Shown here piece by piece: positions 56,521-64,000 of a stretch of DNA of 64,000 bases. The notes beneath the pieces were generated by a model, which was not told where the DNA came from, ran no database searches, and was given only the letters and a program-made list of their open reading frames with translations. Source of the DNA: Laetmonice hystrix (Eukaryota). The position numbers and the translations under genes are program-made. Every line of letters begins with the position of its first letter. The stretch's first letter is position 1. The stretch lies in assembly GCA_965235115.1 (NCBI GenBank), contig OZ249436.1, forward strand, positions 24,740,001 through 24,804,000, read 5' to 3'.

Positions 56521-59500
56521 CAGCGCCATCAACTCGCATACAGGCGTAAAAGCAAACGCACTGCCCCATATAATGCTCCCAGCCTAAAACGATGTTGCAA
56601 TTAATTTAAAATTAACAAGATGCACTAGTAATCCGATCCAAGCCTAATTACGTCATTGCTAGTTTCATAACCAAATCTCACAGAAAATACCCCACCCGCG
56701 CACATAACCTGAAAATATTCAACTTTTATCTCCAATGTATCCCTGTGCACCTAGTAGCACCCAAGCGGGCCCAATTTTGACATTCCAACACAAATACCGC
56801 AAATACCCGCCTAATGGCACAAAAAACTTTCTACCCCGTTGCAAGTCACATTAGCTTGCTGCTTGTCGTAAAAAATGGTGCAGACCATTTCTAAAGTCAC
56901 AGTACCCCACTCCCGGCCTAATATTACGTTTCAGTATCCATATACGCTGCAAGCGGCAAGAACTCGAATACAGGCCTAAAAGTAACCCCAGTCTAGCAAT
57001 ATCATACTCTCATGCCATATACGAGCTTGTAATTATCTTTAATTAATGGGCTCCGCAGCACCAACCCACTGCATTAACATTTGTTTAACAGCTTAACGCA
57101 CCTTGTAAAAAATTTTCAAGTGCGTAAAAATGCGTGTCCACCTCCACATACTTTAAAAATCACTATACCCACCCAGCGACATTCACTCTAATACACGCCT
57201 AAGAGGAACTTCACTGTCCCATTTGATTCTCCAGCACGTATAGGATGTTTCAAGTAACATTTATCCACGGTCTGGCCCAATAACGTGCAACAAGGCATAG
57301 TAAGTCAATGCGAGCTCGCATGTCAAACCTAACCCGCCCCCCAGCACATGAGCTGAAAATATTCAAATAGCTTGAAAACTAGAATATAGCTTTGCTTAAT
57401 ACCATTATACCATCAACTCGCATTACAGGCCTAATGCGAAGCTCCCAGCCTAAAACGAGTTTCCAATTAATTTAAAGTTAACAAGATGCACTAATAATCG
57501 ATTCCAAGCCTAATTAGGCCATTGCTAGTTGGATAACCAAATCTCATACAAAATACACCCTCCCGGCAGATGACCTGAGAATATTCAACTCTTATGTCCG
57601 ATATATCCCTGTCCGCTTAGTAGCACCCAGCCGGGCCCCCATTTTGACATTGCAACACCAATACAGCAAGTGCCCAGCTAACAGCACAAATAACAGGATT
57701 CAGGGCTTCCTACCACGTTACAAGTCACAATAGATTGCTGCCTGTCGTAAAAATATACCAGACCATTTTAAAAAGTCACAGAACCCCAATCCGGCCCTAA
57801 TATGTCACTCCCAGTACCAATACACGCTGGAAGCACCATCAACTGAAATTCAGGCCTAGAACCCACCTCTCTCTACCAATATCATGCACCTAGTCCGTAT
57901 ACGAGGTTGTAATTTACTTTAATCAACGGGCTGCGCCGCAGCAACCCACTCTGGTCTTTGCAATCTTTTTCAATATGCGTTAACATTTGTAACCAGCTCA
58001 ACGCGCCTTGTAAAATTTTTCAAAGTGCGTAAAAGTGTGTGTCCACCCCGACACGCTTTCCAAACCACTATACCCACCGAGCGACATCCACTCAAATACA
58101 GGCTTCGACCGATCCTCACTGTGCCAATAATCCGCCACAAGGCAAATTCAGTCAATGCAAGCTGGAAAATCGAATGTCAAACCTAATGCTCCCCCCCCCA
58201 GCACGTTAACTGAAAATAATCAACTAGCTTGAAAACTAGAATATAGCTTTGTTAAGCTAACAATCTACTCTCCCAGCGCCATCAACTCGCATACAGGCGT
58301 AAAAGCAAACGCACTGCCCCATATAATGCTTCCAGCCTAAAACGATGTTGCAATTAATTTAAAATTAACAAGATGCACTAGTAATCCGATCCAAGCCTAA
58401 TTACGTCATTGCTAGTTTCATAACCAAATCTCACAGAAAATACCCCACCCGCGCACATAACCTGAAAATATTCAACTTTTATCTCCAATGTATCCCTGTG
58501 CACCTAGTAGCACCCAAGCGGGCCCAATTTTGACATTCCAACACAAATACCGCAAATACCCGCCTAATGGCACAAAAAACTTTCTACCCCGTTGCAAGTC
58601 ACATTAGCTTGCTGCTTGTCGTAAAAAATGGTGCAGACCATTTCTAAAGTCACAGTACCCCACTCCCGGCCTAATATTACGTTTCAGTATCCATATACGC
58701 TGCAAGCGGCAGGAACTCGAATACAGGCCTAAAAGTAACCCCAGTCTAGCAATATCATACTCTCATGCCATATACGAGCTTGTAATTATCTTTAATTAAT
58801 GGGCTCCGCAGCACCAACCCACTGCATTAACATTTGTTTAACAGCTTAACGCACCTTGTAAAACATTTTCAAGTGCGTAAAAATGCGTGTCCACCTCCAC
58901 ATACTTTAAAAATCACTATACCCACCCAGCGACATTCACTCTAATACACGCCTAAGAGGAACTTCACTGTCCCATTTGATTCTCCAGCACGTATAGGATG
59001 TTTCAAGTAACATTTATCCACGGTCTGGCCCAATAACGTGCAACAAGGCATAGTAAGTCAATGCGACCTCGCATGTCAAACCTAACCCGCCCCCCAGCAC
59101 ATGAGCTGGAGATATTCAAATAGCTTGAAAACTAGAATATAGCTTTGCTTAATACCATTATACCATCAACTCGCATTACAGGCCTAATGCGAAGCTCCCA
59201 GCCTAAAACGAGTTTCCAATTAATTTAAAGTTAACAAGATGCACTAATAATCGATTCCAAGCCTAATTAGGCCATTGCTAGTTGGATAACCAAATCTCAT
59301 ACAAAATACACCCTCCCGGCAGATGACCTGAGAATATTCAACTCTTATGTCCGATATATCCCTGTCCGCTTAGTAGCACCCAGCCGGGCCCCCATTTTGA
59401 CATTGCAACACCAATACAGCAAGTGCCCAGCTAACAGCACAAATAACAGGATTCAGGGCTTCCTACCACGTTACAAGTCACAATAGATTGCTGCCTGTCG

Positions 59501-61004
59501 TAAAAATATACCAGACCATTTTAAAAAGTCACAGAACCCCAATCCGGCCCTAATATGTCACTCCCAGTACCAATAGACGCTGGAAGCACCATCAACTGAA
59601 ATTCAGGCCTAGAACCCACCTCTCTCTACCAATATCATGCACCTAGTCCGTATACGAGGTTGTAATTTACTTTAATCAACGGGCTGCGCCGCAGCAACCC
59701 ACTCTGGTCTTTGCAATCTTTTTCAATATGCGTTAACATTTGTGACCAGCTCAACGCGCCTTGTAAAATTTTTCAAAGTGCGTAAAAGTGTGTGTCCACC
59801 CCGACACGCTTTCCAAACCACTATACCCACCGAGCGACATCCACTCAAATACAGGCTTCGACCGATCCTCACTGTGCCAATAATCCGCCACAAGGCAAAT
59901 TCAGTCAATGCAAGCTGGAAAATCGAATGTCAAACCTAATGCTCCCCCCCCCCCCAGCACGTTAACTGAAAATAATCAACTAGCTTGAAAACTAGAATAT
60001 AGCTTTGTTAAGCTAACAATCTACTCTCCCAGCGCCATCAACTCGCATACAGGCGTAAAAGCAAACGCACTGCCCCATATAATGCTCCCAGCCTAAAACG
60101 ATGTTGCAATTAATTTAAAATTAACAAGATGCACTAGTAATCCGATCCAAGCCTAATTACGTCATTGCTAGTTTCATAACCAAATCTCACAGAAAATACC
60201 CCACCCGCGCACATAACCTGAAAATATTCAACTTTTATCTCCAATGTATCCCTGTGCACCTAGTAGCACCCAAGCGGGCCCAATTTTGACATTCCAACAC
60301 AAATACCGCAAATACCCGCCTAATGGCACAAAAAACTTTCTACCCCGTTGCAAGTCACATTAGCTTGCTGCTTGTCGTAAAAAATGGTGCAGACCATTTC
60401 TAAAGTCACAGTACCCCACTCCCGGCCTAATATTACGTTTCAGTATCCATATACGCTGCAAGCGGCAGGAACTCGAATACAGGCCTAAAAGTAACCCCAG
60501 TCTAGCAATATCATACTCTCATGCCATATACGAGCTTGTAATTATCTTTAATTAATGGGCTCCGCAGCACCAACCCACTGCATTAACATTTGTTTAACAG
60601 CTTAACGCACCTTGTAAAAAATTTTCAAGTGCGTAAAAATGCGTGTCCACCTCCACATACTTTAAAAATCACTATACCCACCCAGCGACATTCACTCTAA
60701 TACACGCCTAAGAGGAACTTCACTGTCCCATTTGATTCTCCAGCACGTATAGGATGTTTCAAGTAACATTTATCCACGGTCTGGCCCAATAACGTGCAAC
60801 AAGGCATAGTAAGTCAATGCGACCTCGCATGTCAAACCTAACCCGCCCCCCAGCACATGAGCTGGAGATATTCAAATAGCTTGAAAACTAGAATATAGCT
60901 TTGCTTAATACCATTATACCATCAACTCGCATTACAGGCCTAATGCGAAGCTCCCAGCCTAAAACGAGTTTCCAATTAATTTAAAGTTAACAAGATGCAC
61001 TAAT

Positions 61005-61401
61005 AGGGAGCCGAAGTAGGTCACGAGATGTTGCGTTACAACGCGATAAAAGTCGATTTTGTTGACACGTCATTATCGCTCACGCTTGTTTAGCATTGCG
61101 CTGGCCATAGAGGACGGCGACTGCCAACTTCAACTCGTGATTTCTCTTTAATTATCCTGCCCTTTGTAATGAAACCTTCCCAGATATTTGTATCAACCTG
61201 TTTTATGCTTGAATATATAACTTTTATACAAAACAACACAAAAATCTTCAAGACTAAGCCGATCTTTGGAACGATGTCTCTTCATCCTATGTTAAACCAA
61301 TGGGGAAATTTGTGACGCAACAATTGTGTGTCAGCATTGACGCTCCATTTGTACCTCCTATCCAGAAAATCCGTAACTGTGTCACGAGACTTCGGCGCCC
61401 T
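61005..61401. mobile_element. Second copy of the same 397-bp MITE, at the same site and in the same orientation
   Basis: Same junctions (AT at 61003-61004 and 61402-61403). By eye it is identical to 50080-50476 except for one substitution (A50409 vs G61334). Confidence 0.92.
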
Positions 61402-64000
61402 ATAATCGATTCCAAGCCTAATTAGGCCATTGCTAGTTGGATAACCAAATCTCATACAAAATACACCCTCCCGGCAGATGACCTGAGAATATTCAACTCT
61501 TATGTCCGATATATCCCTGTCCGCTTAGTAGCACCCAGCCGGGCCCCCATTTTGACATTGCAACACCAATACAGCAAGTGCCCAGCTAACAGCACAAATA
61601 ACAGGATTCAGGGCTTCCTACCACGTTACAAGTCACAATAGATTGCTGCCTGTCGTAAAAATATACCAGACCATTTTAAAAAGTCACAGAACCCCAATCC
61701 GGCCCTAATATGTCACTCCCAGTACCAATAGACGCTGGAAGCACCATCAACTGAAATTCAGGCCTAGAACCCACCTCTCTCTACCAATATCATGCACCTA
61801 GTCCGTATACGAGGTTGTAATTTACTTTAATCAACGGGCTGCGCCGCAGCAACCCACTCTGGTCTTTGCAATCTTTTTCAATATGCGTTAACATTTGTGA
61901 CCAGCTCAACGCGCCTTGTAAAATTTTTCAAAGTGCGTAAAAGTGTGTGTCCACCCCGACACGCTTTCCAAACCACTATACCCACCGAGCGACATCCACT
62001 CAAATACAGGCTTCGACCGATCCTCACTGTGCCAATAATCCGCCACAAGGCAAATTCAGTCAATGCAAGCTGGAAAATCGAATGTCAAACCTAATGCTCC
62101 CCCCCCCAGCACGTTAACTGAAAATAATCAACTAGCTTGAAAACTAGAATATAGCTTTGTTAAGCTAACAATCTACTCTCCCAGCGCCATCAACTCGCAT
62201 ACAGGGGTAAAAGCAAACGCACTGCCCCATATAATGCTTCCAGCCTAAAACGATGTTGCAATTAATTTAAAATTAACAAGATGCACTAGTAATCCGATCC
62301 AAGCCTAATTACGTCATTGCTAGTTTCATAACCAAATCTCACAGAAAATACCCCACCCGCGCACATAACCTGAAAATATTCAACTTTTATCTCCAATGTA
62401 TCCCTGTGCACCTAGTAGCACCCAAGCGGGCCCAATTTTGACATTCCAACACAAATACCGCAAATACCCGCCTAATGGCACAAAAAACTTTCTACCCCGT
62501 TGCAAGTCACATTAGCTTGCTGCTTGTCGTAAAAAATGGTGCAGACCATTTCTAAAGTCACAGTACCCCACTCCCGGCCTAATATTACGTTTCAGTATCC
62601 ATATACGCTGCAAGCGGCAGGAACTCGAATACAGGCCTAAAAGTAACCCCAGTCTAGCAATATCATACTCTCATGCCATATACGAGCTTGTAATTATCTT
62701 TAATTAATGGGCTCCGCAGCACCAACCCACTGCATTAACATTTGTTTAACAGCTTAACGCACCTTGTAAAAAATTTTCAAGTGCGTAAAAATGCGTGTCC
62801 ACCTCCACATACTTTAAAAATCACTATACCCACCCAGCGACATTCACTCTAATACACGCCTAAGAGGAACTTCACTGTCCCATTTGATTCTCCAGCACGT
62901 ATAGGATGTTTCAAGTAACATTTATCCACGGTCTGGCCCAATAACGTGCAACAAGGCATAGTAAGTCAATGCGACCTCGCATGTCAAACCTAACCCGCCC
63001 CCCAGCACATGAGCTGGAGATATTCAAATAGCTTGAAAACTAGAATATAGCTTTGCTTAATACCATTATACCATCAACTCGCATTACAGGCCTAATGCGA
63101 AGCTCCCAGCCTAAAACGAGTTTCCAATTAATTTAAAGTTAACAAGATGCACTAATAATCGATTCCAAGCCTAATTAGGCCATTGCTAGTTGGATAACCA
63201 AATCTCATACAAAATACACCCTCCCGGCAGATGACCTGAGAATATTCAACTCTTATGTCCGATATATCCCTGTCCGCTTAGTAGCACCCAGCCGGGCCCC
63301 CATTTTGACATTGCAACACCAATACAGCAAGTGCCCAGCTAACAGCACAAATAACAGGATTCAGGGCTTCCTACCACGTTACAAGTCACAATAGATTGCT
63401 GCCTGTCGTAAAAATATACCAGACCATTTTAAAAAGTCACAGAACCCCAATCCGGCCCTAATATGTCACTCCCAGTACCAATAGACGCTGGAAGCACCAT
63501 CAACTGAAATTCAGGCCTAGAACCCACCTCTCTCTACCAATATCATGCACCTAGTCCGTATACGAGGTTGTAATTTACTTTAATCAACGGGCTGCGCCGC
63601 AGCAACCCACTCTGGTCTTTGCAATCTTTTTCAATATGCGTTAACATTTGTAACCAGCTCAACGCGCCTTGTAAAATTTTTCAAAGTGCGTAAAAGTGTG
63701 TGTCCACCCCGACACGCTTTCCAAACCACTATACCCACCGAGCGACATCCACTCAAATACAGGCTTCGACCGATCCTCACTGTGCCAATAATCCGCCACA
63801 AGGCAAATTCAGTCAATGCAAGCTGGAAAATCGAATGTCAAACCTAATGCTCCCCCCCCCAGCACGTTAACTGAAAATAATCAACTAGCTTGAAAACTAG
63901 AATATAGCTTTGTTAAGCTAACAATCTACTCTCCCAGCGCCATCAACTCGCATACAGGCGTAAAAGCAAACGCACTGCCCCATATAATGCTTCCAGCCTA

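Larger units (their letters stand above)
1..64000. repeat. Tandem satellite array, ~1751-1758 bp unit, 36 full copies plus a partial copy, single orientation, continuing beyond both window ends
   Basis: CAGCGCCATCAACTCGCATACAGG recurs at 1, 1756, 3514, 5267, 7021, 8774, 10528, 12282, 14039, 15780 ... 62182, 63935. The identical 61-aa ORF recurs 36 times at 1751-1758 bp spacing. Exceptions are one 1745 spacing (12-bp deletion) and the 2153 and 2155 spacings (399-bp insertions). Confidence 0.99.

Noticed and set aside
1..64000. CRISPR-like or cassette array reading (27-bp conserved box with long spacers)
   Set aside because: The intervening sequences are two alternating paralogues repeated near-identically rather than unique spacers, and there are no cas or integrase genes.
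1..64000. Array as a pure assembly or concatemer artefact
   Set aside because: Structured haplotypes, recombinants, a private deletion and insertions with a TSD indicate real evolved copies, although exact copy number and order need long-read support.

Overview
The whole 64-kb window is a head-to-tail tandem array of a ~1.75-kb non-coding satellite: 36 complete units plus 66 bp of a 37th, running off both ends. The standard unit length is 1744 bp plus a variable C7-C14 tract. Each unit is a diverged dimer of an A half (~884 bp) and a B half (~870 bp). Each half in turn appears to be built from four much older degenerate subrepeats averaging ~220 bp. Units are nearly identical but fall into two A-half haplotypes plus recombinants, and there are local 2-, 3- and 4-unit duplications. 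The only foreign sequence is a 397-bp non-autonomous TIR element (MITE). It has AGGG...CCCT ends and an AT target-site duplication (ISL2EU/PHIS-like), and it occurs twice at exactly the same position of the B half (units 29 and 35). I found no credible protein-coding gene, RNA gene or CRISPR array. The pattern is that of eukaryotic satellite DNA, possibly centromeric or pericentromeric, but function and organism cannot be read from the sequence. All comparisons were made by eye.
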